A DNA stretch of 64,000 nt. Origin: Dudresnaya verticillata. Its lineage: Eukaryota. The notes beneath the pieces were generated by a model that did not search any database, had not been told where the DNA came from, and saw only the letters and a program-made list of their open reading frames with translations. A program made the translations under genes and the position numbers. Positions 20,853 to 33,302 of this stretch are shown here, in pieces. Position 1 is the stretch's first letter; every line of letters starts with the position of its first letter. The stretch is from NCBI GenBank assembly GCA_977862235.1, contig OZ374562.1, positions 1,612,001 through 1,676,000 of the forward strand, given 5' to 3'.

Positions 20853-21875
20853 TCGACGCCTGTAGCGTCAGTCCACGCCACAAGTTAAGTCCGAACCGCG
20901 GGTGCGCAAGTGGCTTAGCTACCTGGTAGTGTACCAGGTCGGACGGGTAGTGGGCCCAGTTGTGAGGACGGGTCAGAATGCGGGTGGCCGTGCCGCACGG
21001 GAGCGGGGTAGGGGTGAGGGAGGCGTGTCGGGGGACTGCTGAGCGGGGCTGAACATGCGTCAGAACGCGGGCACTTGATGAGGACGTGTCAGAATGCGGC
21101 CGGGGGCGGTGTGCAGGACCGCGGGGAAGGGTGAGGGAGGCGTGTCGGGGGACTGCTGGGAAGGGCTGACCATGCGCCCGAATGCGCCAACTTGATGTGC
21201 ACGTGTCAGAATGCGGACGGGCGCGGTGCGCAGGAGCGCGGGGAAGGGTGACGGCGAGGTGTCGGTGAACGGCAGGGAGCGTGAGACAGAGTGCAGTCAC
21301 AGGCCGGACTGGGGCGGCGAGCGGCACTACGGGTCTGGGAGGGGTGGGGAAGCGCGCCTCATTACGCGCAAGGCAGAAGCAGAGCGCGTGCGCACGCGCC
21401 GGAATGCGGAATGCGTGGGCCAGTATCAGCACCAGGAAGGGTGATGGTGGGAGTGGCTGTCGGACGTGGGGAGGTGGCCGAGCGCGCCGGAATGCGGTGG
21501 GAAGCTAAGTCCGAGCGCGTCGGAATGCGGTGGGAAGCCAAGTCCGAGCGCGTCGGAATGCGGCGGGAAGTCGCCAGAATGCGGTGTGCGGTCAGGGGCG
21601 GGGGCGCGGGCAGCGGGACGGGGCAGAATCAATTTCTGGAGAATTTTTAAATGGAACTTTTCGGAAAAATCACAACTTTCGGGAACTTTCGACCTCGGGG
21701 GGGCCATATGCCGGAGCGCATAACTCCGAAACTATTTGCGTTTGCTCCGATCTGTTTGCACCACTATTCTCAGGGTAGCGCCCCCTTTCCAACGCGCTAT
21801 CGAACGCCGGGATTTAAGGACCCTCAAAAAATTCTGTTCTGTTTTGGAAATTCTGTAGCCGGCGAAATTAGTGTT
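20853..21875 (-). repeat. right terminal inverted repeat (~1020 bp)
   Basis: Reverse complement of 7922..8831 plus an extra ~117-bp internal duplication (units starting ~21012 and ~21129). Confidence 0.9.
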
Positions 21876-23500
21876 GTTTGGGCTACTGTAGAAGATACCG
21901 TTTACGAATAGAACAACTACTTTATCCATACCGTTTAGAATCAGCAGTAGTGCTTTTCTTTATCAAACTCATAGAGTAGGCTCGGAGCTTTGGAGCAAGC
22001 GGCTCCGTAATAGAATATAAAAGCTCCGCCCTTTTCTCTCTCGAGGAAGAAAAGGGCAGAGGTCTTCGTATTGAGCACAAACAAGACAGCATGCAACAAG
22101 TCAAGGAGGAAGTGTTTATAATACACCCTGTCACTCGTCGTAGCGCCATGGCCTCTTGCCGGCTGAGACTGGGCCTTGTTACTTGATACATTTTGGATCT
22201 TTGACGCTTCTAAGTTTTCAGCAGTCGCCATGTCTTCTCGTTCAGGGCTGATTCTATTATTTGCTTCGCTCTTATCGATTTTCGAAGAGCCATGCACAGC
22301 AACTTGTCGATCTGTCGTCCGTCGTTGAACCCTGGCCTTACCATCGTGGATCACTTTCTGTCCCTGCAGAGGTCCTTGAGCAACAAAAGCGGTGTTTGCG
22401 CCGTTTCTAGGGTTTCTGCCTTGAAGAAATTTTGCATCGTATTACTGAAGCGAAGAATGTACACCGGTTTGTAGAAAACAGAACTAAAAATATGCTGAAG
22501 AAACCTTCAGAGATGCTTTGAAGCCCTGACAAGGACTGAAAAAGAGAAAAACATGTGGGTGAAGGAGCAAGAGCGAAGAGTGTGGTGCAAACTGTCTCTT
22601 GACGGGTAGCACGTCCGGGGTTCGGGGCCCGGCGGGTAGTGTCGTCCTACGACGGTAGTGGTAGAGTGGTGGGCAACGCCATAGGGCGTACTGTAAACGC
22701 CCGGGGGGAATTCGGGTAAAGGAAAAGGAAAAGGAAAAACAATAGGCAAGAAAAACAAACGAAGCACGTTTATGAGACCGTAGGAAACGTGGAAGCACGA
22801 AGGTACTGACGTATAAGAATCAGGCTGCGGTAGGTGGTACGCGCAAGCGGAGAAGGACATTCAAGTCCCGGACTGGCTTAGCCGAGTTTATTGTGACGTC
22901 TTCAGACGGACTAATTAAGTACTACTACTACGCTCCTGGCGGTGGCAGTACGCAGACGCGCGGGAAGTCTGAACACGTCTCGTTACGGCGCTTGTCTGAC
23001 AAGTACGGTCGCGATGCAGCCCTGTGCTGATAGATCCGTGCGCCCTCGTTGCTGACAGATACGCACGCACCCGTTGCTTACATAAACACGTGGACACGGC
23101 CTATGCTTTACAGTGTGTTCCACGCTTATACCGTACACGTGTGTGATCCCATTTCCCTGCTATGCGCATGCCCGCGTGTACCAGGTGTATGCGTACAGCC
23201 GCGTATGCCACGTCACAAGCACTCGGCATTTCGCCGCACCTGAGCCGCGGCCGAATTGGCCACGGTTTGTACGCCAATGGCGGTTTCCTTCCGCGAAGCG
23301 AGCGGGCTGGCGCCAACGCCTGTGGGAGGTTATGAAATTGCGTCCCACGCCGAACGGCGGTAAACGCCCGTCTTCGACGGTATCCACACGCCTGCGGCGG
23401 TAAGATATATCAGGGGCTCCGCGCGTAGTTTGCACCACAAAGACCGGGGAGAGCGAGTGGAAAAAGCGAAACAGACATGCCGGAGTGTACTTGACGCATT

Positions 23501-24068
23501 TCCTAGTGTCTATTCGACAAGTGGCCTCACCTGAAGTCAAATGACCTCATATGAGGCCACTTTTCGAACACTTCTGCAGCTTAAGAAAAGCACTAATTCC
23601 TAAACTTTTTTGTGTTATGTCGTAGAGAATTGAGCAGTGTTTCATTGCGGACTTGAACGAACGGGCATCACTGACGCACTACGCAGCTAGAGTAAAACGT
23701 CTGGAATAAGAGCCTTTTAGATCCCCCTTTTAACGATTTTTCAAGGAAGAAGCCTATGTATCTTTCTGCTGGTCTTCCTACCCTCTATCAGACGTGCAAG
23801 CACCACAGCTTCCGAACAGAAATAAATTTTCTACTTATTGAACTGCCATGCACTAGTTAAAGAGGGTTGACCTAGGTCGTATTACACTACTTCTGAGCTC
23901 ACTTTGCCGTACCTACATTCTCGTTCGTGTGTAATCCTTATTTGGCCCGACATTTTCGATGGTAGGCGAAGAAAAATGTTGTAAATTGGATTAATGTATA
24001 TGTCTGCCTCATTTGAGGCCAACGATGGCCTCAGATGAGGCAAAACGTCGGTCGAATAGACACTAGGA
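23501..24068. mobile_element. MITE-like non-autonomous element
   Basis: 18-bp perfect inverted repeat TCCTAGTGTCTATTCGAC / GTCGAATAGACACTAGGA, subterminal CCTCAnnTGAGG palindromes at both ends, AT-rich non-coding interior. Confidence 0.7.
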
Positions 24069-24275
24069 CATGGTTAACTACTGTCCCAGACTTAGTTGCA
24101 GTCACAGAAGCCAACCACGTCATGGGCTTGTGCGCCGACTAGCGACCCAAATTAGGACGCTCGACATGTTATCGAAAGAGTAACCGCTCGCGGCTCCCCG
24201 GTAGACCTCGTCAAGGGTATACACAACTTGTACACGAACCCGAAGGCGATCTAATACTCGTGATGCTTCTGGGGG

Positions 24276-24769
24276 TGGGAATACCGAGCTGATCGGGTCC
24301 AATGCGGAGATTGTATGCCATCGCCGTTGTTCGACGCCAGGGGGTTCCCTTTATTAATACTACAGCTAGACAGCTCTGTGAAACCCATAGTAAATCGTGA
24401 CTTGCGTACGCAAGCTCCGTTCCCAACAGCCATGGACAAGTGCCGCAACAGGCACCAGCGATCCCGACGTCGCCGATGATGGACGGCACGTCACTGAGGC
24501 CCTCGCCCTAGTCCTGGCCACAGACCAATCATGTAGAAAGGCATAGCATCCCGGCACATTTTAGCAGCGTAAGCTCGCAGCGCAGACCCAGCGCACATAC
24601 GTACCCTACATTAGAGCGCATCGCTCGGAGCATCAGAACGGCGAGCCGGTTGATTACTCAGCACGCATCCGTACTCTGTACAGAGCTCATCTCATGGCCC
24701 CACGGCAGGTTGGGAGTCGGGTCTATTGGCCTGCGGGCGCTTCGTCGTCTTCAGCGCCAACAGGTTACA
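24276..24769 (-). repeat. solo-LTR-like dispersed repeat, copy 1
   Basis: Diverged reverse complement of 58116..58599; reads TGTAAC...CCCA on the minus strand with AATAAA near the 3' end; no TSD seen. Confidence 0.6.
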
Positions 24770-26061
24770 GTTCGTATTGAATCTTTACCCTTATCCATAA
24801 CCCGTTGCCGTAAGACCTGTATCGCGTTTGGTTCTCCCTGAACGCAGACATATACCACAGTAACCGTGCCCTGAACGCGTATGACCTCAAGTAGTCGCCG
24901 AACTCCAGTTCGTCCTCGTTGCCTCGCTCGCGCCGGCGAGGCTGTACAGGCAGGTTCGGTAGCTCGTACAATGATAGTGGTACCAATAGCGATGTGAGCC
25001 ACACGATGGAACTGACTGTGATGCTAGCAGCGTTCTTCCAGTATCTGTGACGTCAGGTGACGGATACTGGCACAGCAAGGGAGATTCCTTGAGCGAGATC
25101 TTAAAACCAGTCTCAGTCAAGGAAGTTGAGTGCACCAGGGTCCTGCTGTTAGGCAAACTTTGCGTGGGCGGCAATGTGCAGAATGAGAGTTCTGGTGACA
25201 AGGAAAACTTCGCCAGGAGCGGCATCGCCGTCAAGAACACTACTGGTGATGTTTTTCTAGAGCCTGGTAGGGGTGTTTACATGCACAAGGACGGCTGCAT
25301 CTCGATCTTTGTCGGCGACTTACAAAATGGTCAGCGGAAGATCTCCATATTCTCACACACATCTGTCTGCGCGGTTAAGGAGAGAAAATAGTCTCACATG
25401 GCGATAGGACACCAAATAGCGTTGCAGCACTAAAGACTGCTGACTACAAACACAACGTCGACCTCCACATTCCCTTCAACAGAGTGAAACGTTTGGCTTA
25501 CCCCTCCGAGCCCGCCGATTGGCCATCCCGATTGTCACCAGACAAACCAGGCCTGACTAAGGACAAGTCACAGCCCTCATGTGCGGCAGCTCTGTAGAAG
25601 TGCGGTGACGATGAAGACTCGACGGCTATGCCACGCAATGGATAATATTGACTCTCCTCCTTCCAGGAGAGTCAAGGCTACCGCGGGAGTCTTAGTAATC
25701 TTTTCGTTGCTCCCTCCCCGGCTCCGACTAGCGGAACCGTACTGGACAAAGCTTACTTAAGGTGTTCTCGCCTGCCGGCTAGCGGCAGACAGACACACAC
25801 AGAACAACACGCTCAGCCAGCTCACTTTAGTAACGGTCCTTCCGCTCTACAACTGATCGCCGTCCGCACTGCGCGCGCCCCCCGAGGCACCCCATAGCGA
25901 AACCCTACCAAGTTGCCGCTACCGTCTATCTCCGCTTACACACCGCAGTTCGCGTGTTCCGACTGCCTCGCCCGTCTCACTGGACCACAACATTACACAA
26001 AATGACGTCACATGCCAACATGTTAACACCCAACCGTCATCTCCTCACCTCCACTGGGCCC

Positions 26062-26148
26062 CATACCGAAAGACGTCAGAACTTGTCAGAAAGCCACCCG
26101 CGCCATACCGAAAGACTTCAGAACTTGTCAGAAAGCCACCCGCACCAT
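26062..26148 (+). repeat. 42-bp tandem duplication
   Basis: CATACCGAAAGAC(G/T)TCAGAACTTGTCAGAAAGCCACCCGC occurs twice. Confidence 0.7.
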
Positions 26149-26199
26149 AACTTCGTACCCAGGTATCCAAACACCTTGCCCACGATTCCAACTCCGAAC

Positions 26200-29100
26200 C
26201 CCCGTCCCTGATCGTGCCGGACTCTCTCACGACCCTTGCCACACTGCACGCCCCTCCCTCTTCGACCCTTCGACCCTCCATTACGCCCTCTGCTCCCGTT
26301 GCACCTCCCGAAGACCTCAAACGCTAGTGCCGAACGCAGTAAATTACCAAAGCCTCAAGAGCACCTCTTGTGGCTCCATGCTTTCTGGCAGCGGACTGTT
26401 TCGCGTTCTCCACATCTCCCGCACCCTCCGCGCCGCGGCTCTCGAGATGGCCAAGCCGGCCGCAGTGACAAAGCCCTCCCGCCGAACCTAAGGTGTAACT
26501 TCTCTGAGTACCGACGGTCTCCTGAAACATCTCACCAATTATTTCCAAGAGCAAACCGATGGGCTGAGTGCCACTCAGGTTCGAGTCGAGCTGATTGAAG
26601 TGCAACAGAACGCACGAATGACAAAACTTGAGCAGCAGAAGAACGAGCGCATGACAAAAATCGAACAGAACCTCCAACCGTACGAGGGAATCGCTCGCAC
26701 AACAGATCTACAATCGAGCAGTGGATTCTGCTCGGCTTTCAAAGACCCTTGCTGAAAAACAATGTAGAGACTGGCTGAAATGTTTTCAATCAGCCACAAG
26801 GCCCAGACGGAACTACCTGCCCGTCTGTTATCGCATGTCTTACGCCCCATGCGGCCCCACCCAAACGAAACAGCATACTGCCGTGCAAGGAGGTACTGCC
26901 TCTGCGTCACTCCCCCCGCAATCCTACGCCCAGGCCGCGGCGCGTGATCCTCCCGAAGCCCCACGGCCGATGACGATGAAAGAAATATCAAGGAAGTACA
27001 TTCAAGACCTCCAGCCTCTGGCGACTGAATGGGAACTCGAGTCCCCACTAATCGCGTCCTACTATGAATATGACAAATGGATCCCGATTGGCGAGCTCTA
27101 TAGATGTCTTCTTCACAACGCAATGAATGGGAGCCGCAAGCTATCCGCGTACTATTATACCACTCTACCTCCAAGCCCTTTGTCCTGGAAGTCATCCACG
27201 AAGAAAACATGAGCCCCTTCGTACCGTCGCGCCTCGCCAATCTAATGAAACCAGTTTCAGCGAACTTTAACCCACTTGAACTGTACGTTGTGCTTGAAAC
27301 AAACACTCTGTGTCGGCATGCGGATGAGCATGTGCTCTCGTCTCTCTTCGGTGGTGGCGGAACGGCAAACGCACACCCCATCTCCCTACTGCCCAATGGT
27401 ACTACAGTAATTTGCGAACTCCAGTCGTTGCCCACCCAGATGTTCGCACTGCACTACTGAAGCGCCTTGAATCCAAAGGTGCCGAGAAGACTCTCGGCCT
27501 CCATCGCAGAACAACCCGCTCGCGAACTTCCACGTTTTCCACTGGGACACAGCTCCCCGAACTAGCTCTGCCCCCCCAGAAGTGACGTGCAACCACACTC
27601 TGCACTGATGAGCTTCTTTGACCCCCTGGGCCCCACTCGCCAATCCCGAAACGCACCAATACAGAGCCCCCTGCACAGGCAGGACAATACAATATGGACT
27701 AAGCTTGATGATCATCAGTACTTGGAATGTAGTTGGCCTTCTGCCCAATATCCATGAAGTTATGCATCTCTTTACCTCCAAACATCCCGATATCTTCGTC
27801 ATAACAGAAACCCACTCCCCGCCCTTGTCCGCTCCCCTGCTCCCCCAGCACTGCTTCTCACTTGCTGCAACGCGCTCTGCTTCACGCGGGACATGGCTTG
27901 GTGGGGTCCGTATTGCAAAAAGACCAAACGCTGGTGCCTCGCTTCGTTTCACCCTCTCCCCCGGATCCCTTGCACCGATCTCTTACCAAGTCGTATGCAT
28001 CAACGTGCCTACAGTTGAAGGTATTTTCGAATGCTATATTAACCCTCGTGCAGGCGCCAACTCCGTTTCCGTGCTCCTTTCCAAGGTAAACGACAGTGTT
28101 TTCGCCTCGCGTGTCGTACTCATTGAAGATTTCAATGCACGCCATCCCGCCTGTGGTGCAGTGCCAGGACCCTCTTTTCGCGCGGACACCCGCTGCTTTA
28201 CACGCGCACGCACGTGCCACATGCACACGCGCAAACGCGCGCCACATATATCGGAGGGAGTCCTCGATCGGATGGGCGCCAGCAATGCGCACCCTCAGAT
28301 TACACTGATTTACAGTGCGAGCATAGTAGTTCTACATAGAGAGTTAGCGCTATATTTAGGAGGCTCGCGGGGTGCGCGCGTGAGAAGTGGCAGGCTCACA
28401 GCGCCTGACACGCACGCCCATCTCCCGCAAGAGTACTTAGTATACGGGGTGAACCCCTCTCTCAATAAATCGCCAAGTCCGCATTGGAGTCTAGGGAACC
28501 CCCGTACTTGCACCCGGTGATGCCACCGCTTGCAACTCGGACTACGTAACCCTACTCTTTCCTGCGCGGCCAAACCGCTTCATTCATCCTGCAGCCGACG
28601 TCGGCTTTTTTGTTCGTGGATTGAACCACGGTTAGCCACCAACGTGGCCGGGGCTTTACAGTCGACCCGACCCCGTTGTTCTACTTTTAGGGGTACACCC
28701 CGTGCTCCGTGCTCTACCCCCCGCGATGGCCTCACAGCCGCTCGCCTGCTACCATCCGTGGGAGACCACTCGAACGGTGGTTTTGGGGCAACCCCCGTCT
28801 CTCGGTGTTACAATACACCGCTTGGAGCTCTCAACGCAATTCCCGTGGGCAAACTCTTCCCCACTGGTAATCCCGCGGTCCCTACAGCATATATGCCCCG
28901 CCGCACCCAATGTCCCACAGCTCCAATGGGAGTTCTGGTAAAAGCACAATAGACCTCTGCATCTCAAACGCGCCTATCGAGTCGGGACCCTTCGTAGCCG
29001 AAGGAGCGTGGGAAGGCGCTAGAAACCACGCTCCAGTTCTTGTAAGCATCCATGAAACCGCAGTACTAAGTGCAAGACAAGCTACTGCTGCACAACCGCC

Positions 29101-32100
29101 GGCTACACCTGTTTCGAAAACTCGACTCTTGAACAAACATTACCGCCGGAAAGCCGTTCTGCACTACCGTACTGCCGTCCCGGATATATCTCGCATATAT
29201 CTAGCGCACTTTCATCTGCAAAGTCAGCGGAGGACGCCCAACGGCTCATCGCTAATCTCCCAGAGACACTCTGTGCACCTTGGCAGGATACGCGCCCAAA
29301 TGCACCACGTACGACGCAACACCCGTGGCGTGCCGTATTAGAGGCACTCCGCGGCGTACTTCAAAGAGCATACCACAAAATGAGGACGGCACGGGACACG
29401 GTCGCAAGATCTGAAACTGAGGAACAGCACCGCTCTGCACTACGCATTCGCTCCCGCTCGAGAGCTCTACGTAAATCCGGAGAGAAAAAGAGGGGTACCG
29501 AGCTATTACGTCGCCCGAACTCGTGTCTGGCTTGCGCAGTCCGCTGTAAACACCTTAAACGTCCACGTCGTTCCCGCAAGTTGTAATGTGCTGCTCTACA
29601 ACCTGCTGTGTTCAAACTCCCATATGAAGTCGCCACCCACTACCCAGCCCCCCCAGAATTGTGCGGATTTTATGTTTCAGCTTCGTTTCGAGCCTCACTG
29701 CAGCGCGCTATTATCTCAATGCCCAACGCGAGAGCTGAAGGGACCGGTAATACGCATGTTGAAATGCTAAAAACATACAGCCCGCAACTTGCTGCTGATC
29801 TGCTCTTCGCTTTGTGCCAGTGCTGCGGGCGGTTCGGTATCTTCCCGGATTCCTGGAACCAAGGCCTCCTTGTTCCCGTATACAAGAAAGGAGAGAAGAA
29901 AGACCCAGCGAACTACCGTCCCATTTGCACCCTGTCGCATCTACGTAAGACAATCGAACATGCGATTGTCTATGAAATCGATGCTTTCTTCAAGCCCCAT
30001 AGAATGAAGATTAGGTTTAAACGCCGCTTGCCCACGGAAATGGCTGTTGAGATGAAACTAGCTGCCCACAAGGACGGAGACAACTACACAGCGATCCTGG
30101 AAAGCTATGGTAAGGGCAACGATGGGGTCCCTCTCTATGAAAACTGTAGGATAAATGCCACGAGATTCAAAGCACCCGTTCGTCGAGGTGTCGTACAGGG
30201 CTCACCGTTGAGCCCTGTTCTGTTGAACCTATTCATCGATACACGCGCATGCTCACTCTGTGAAGATCTCGAAGGATCCCAGAATACCCTCCGGGGGAAA
30301 CTTTTGCGGGTGACTGACTTTTGCACGTCCGCTAAACTGCGGAGCTCCGCGAAGCACTCTCAATCTACGAAAACTGAGCCCGCCGCTATGATATGCTCTG
30401 GGTGGTCAACAAGTGTGCCGTCATCCTCCCCAACACAATTCGCTGTCGCTCGATCTCTGTGGCTTTCTACCTCAATGGAGAGTAATTCCCAGTCCGCGCG
30501 TCTACAGTATACCTAGGATTGTATATTTGCTCTACTGGCGTTCTCCCCTCGACGAATGTGAAGCGAATCGCTGCGGCAAAGAAGAAATTAGGCATGTTAG
30601 TCTGGATGGGCTTCGTCACCTCTGAAATTCCGGCAGACGCATTACGGTTCATTTACAAGACATTATTCGGACCACGGTCTGTGAATTCCTGAGGCTAGCG
30701 ACGCAGTGGGCAACGCGGATTTCTTGACTATTATCGCTCCAACGTATGTTGGAAGGTTGTAGGACCTGATCCGAATGTGGAGCAATAGTCTCTACCTCAA
30801 ACGGAAGGTGCTCCGAAAAGTTCAGGTTAAGACTTGAGACGTTCAGGTTGAGATCTGAGAAGTCCAGATCTCGGGAGTATAGTTCTGAACTATTACAGCT
30901 TGGTTCGAGCGTAATCTGCAAGGGCGTAGCAGGCTGGCAGGAGGTGCAGCACGGTCAGCGAAAGGATAGTGATTAGGGAGACGGAGGTCGGAATAGTGAG
31001 AGGGCGCTACCTCTCTGCTCGGTCGGTTCGCCAAGAGAGGGCTGCCTTCATTGTGAACGCGGTTCGCGTCGTGCTACAAAAGACAGAGAAACTGCGCCTC
31101 GCGCAGCGAGAAGCACAGGGAGATCGGCTTGCCGCGTTCAACGTGGGCCGCTGGCCACACATGACGCCGGGTCGGAGCTACCAATCACAGACTGAATTAA
31201 TCCAGGTCATCTGATATTATAATACGACATCAGCCAAGTGGCTGCACGTGGCACCCGGTCGCAGACCTGGCGGCAACACGTCGCTCAATTGCGCAGCCAT
31301 TGTCCGCCGAGCAGAATTCAGGCCGGGAGCTCAACGTCGCAGCCGTTACCGCGCAGCGGGTCCTGACCTGAATAGCACGTCGCAAATGGTGCTCTGGTGT
31401 AACAGGTCGAACACGGCTGCCCCTTGTACCCCACAAAGCCACGCTCCTCTCCGCTCTGGATGCGATAGACTCCTCATTTTCCGAATTCCCATCTCTCAAG
31501 GCGCCATGCGACTGTCAAAGAACCGCCTGCGGAAACTGCGCGCAATTTTTCGTATCGATTCCCCACTGACCCCGCCAAGAATCTCTCCAGTACAAATTTG
31601 TTGCAAGCCTGCTCAAGAATAAGCGCCGAACCGATGCAAACAGCGGCTGGCATGCTCAACAAAACCTCGATGCACTCCGAAACCTCCCACTGTATAAGGC
31701 GCCCTGCTTTACTTTATCGCCGAAAACTCTCTCCGCTGCTCTTCTCATAGAATGGAATACTGCGCTCTCGGGGTGCCGCCCGGCCCCGGTCTACCCATCA
31801 CCTCACGTTTTGCCCCCGAATTCCTACTCAGTCACCACAAGGACAGGAAACGCGCCGTTGGTACCTGGGAACATTTCCCATCCCGCCACGCTGCCTGTCC
31901 GCCCTCAATTTAGTTCGCAAAAGCCCCCGCACACTCCACGACCTCTCCAAGCCACACCCCTCCCCCCAGACCATTGTAGCCATCTCGGGTGCAATTTATG
32001 CGATCAGGACCCTCTGTGCACTTGGGTTTCCCACCTCCCATACCGGCGGGACCCCAAAATAGATCATCTCCCCTTGCTACAGTAATGTCGCCACGACCCC

Positions 32101-32185
32101 AGTAAGAACCTTATTAGCGGTGCGCCAGCACACACATAGGGTCCCAAGTTGCCTGCGTTGGATCACGTTAAACAACAAATAAATA
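26200..32185 (+). mobile_element. decayed LINE (ORF1 remnant, APE endonuclease, reverse transcriptase)
   Basis: ISTWNVVGL / PDIFVITET / DFNARHP and STIDL..NHAP (APE); VPVYKKGEKKDPANYRPI and GVVQGSPLSPVLLNLFID (RT); coiled-coil and SYAQAA ORF1 remnants; A-rich end near 32170-32185; many frameshifts; boundaries approximate. Confidence 0.8.
28152..28754 (+). repeat. probable solo LTR inserted in the LINE endonuclease
   Basis: The APE reading DFNARHPA|...|WGDH is interrupted by ~600 bp starting TGTGGTGCAG (same TGTGGTG start as both Gypsy LTRs) with AATAAA near 28465; TSD degraded. Confidence 0.5.
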
Positions 32186-32305
32186 CAGCATCAAATGGGC
32201 GATTTGCTCTCTTGCCAGATGCTGTACAAGAAGCTCGTCGTCAGATTCAAGTGGCACTGATCTTTACGATGCCACATACGAAACAAAGAGAGCGTCAAAG
32301 TGTAA

Positions 32306-32884
32306 ATGAACGTCGGCTATCATAGCTGCAAGAATTCGCGTTGGAAAATCGACCTCACCGCCACATTCTTCGACGATGTGCGCGATATCAGGAAGAAATA
32401 TTGCGGCATTGTGCTCGAACCAAGCAGCCTACACTTCCTGGGCTGGATGTGGTTTAAGCTCAAGGTCAATCCGGATCAACGCTGCACACTAGTCATCGAC
32501 GAGGTGGTTGACAAGGACGATACATTCGCAGTCTTCGATAGCACGTGTGCACGGTCAATTGGCAAACTGGAGAAGAAGATAATCCTGGTAGTCGCTTTTG
32601 CTGAGAAGCTTTACGATCTTGCGCGGGGCAAGAGAGATCTAGAGAGGATGAACAGGGACCGCAACCTACATCGACGTAAGTGCGCGGCCGTGAAGAGCTA
32701 CCATCGGTGGATGGCGGAAAAGGATTGGAGCCGGGACGAGGCAAATTTCAACGGTGATGTAGAGCGTGGTGACGGCCTGGAAAGGTACTTTCAGGCAGTG
32801 GTGAAGGCAGAGGAGTCGTTGACAGCGCTTGACCATGCGTTAGACTGCCTGGAACTAAGATGGTCGACCTTGAAGGATATATAA
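32306..32884 (+). CDS. hypothetical protein or gene fragment (192 aa)
   Basis: Uninterrupted ORF with protein-like composition and a helical C-terminus; no family recognised. Confidence 0.3.
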   Translation: MNVGYHSCKNSRWKIDLTATFFDDVRDIRKKYCGIVLEPSSLHFLGWMWFKLKVNPDQRCTLVIDEVVDKDDTFAVFDSTCARSIGKLEKKIILVVAFAEKLYDLARGKRDLERMNRDRNLHRRKCAAVKSYHRWMAEKDWSRDEANFNGDVERGDGLERYFQAVVKAEESLTALDHALDCLELRWSTLKDI

Positions 32885-33302
32885 AGAGGAATGTGGATGA
32901 GATTTGCGGTTTGAAGCTGTTGGAATAACCGTCCGATTCGTAGGGTTTCAGGCGGCAAACAGAAGCAGAGTAAATTGCAAGCAGATTTTCTTGCGACTCA
33001 CTCGCAGTTCTGAAACTTTTCTCTCTTGTCTGAAAAGGAAATTATTAATTTATTACGTAGTGCTGCAATCATCCAAACCCAATGAAAAGATAGGAAGGTA
33101 GTGTAAATGTAAGGTAAAAACGAAGGGAAATATTTGAAGAGTCTTAAGAACAGTAGGGAAGGGAGGGAGGGAGAACGAAGGAAAGAACTTGGCGCAGGTG
33201 GGTGAAAAACTAGAGATACTGGCTGGGGCGGCTAGCGGATATAACGGTGGTAGAACAGTAGAACCATTAGAACTTTTGCTGATCGGTCCCCCCTCGGGTT
33301 GA

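Larger units (their letters stand above)
7922..21875. mobile_element. large DNA transposon with long TIRs and 4-bp TSD, Sola-like, carrying cargo genes
   Basis: AACACTAATTTCGCCGGCTACAG... at 7922 and its reverse complement ending at 21875. GTTT lies directly on both sides (7918-7921, 21876-21879). Internal DDD transposase. Confidence 0.9.

Noticed and set aside
7924..21873. CACTA...TAGTG termini suggesting an En/Spm (CACTA) element
   Set aside because: The flanks at those positions (TAA / TTG) give no 3-bp TSD. The inverted repeat extends 2 bp further to a perfect GTTT duplication, and the transposase is not TnpD-like.
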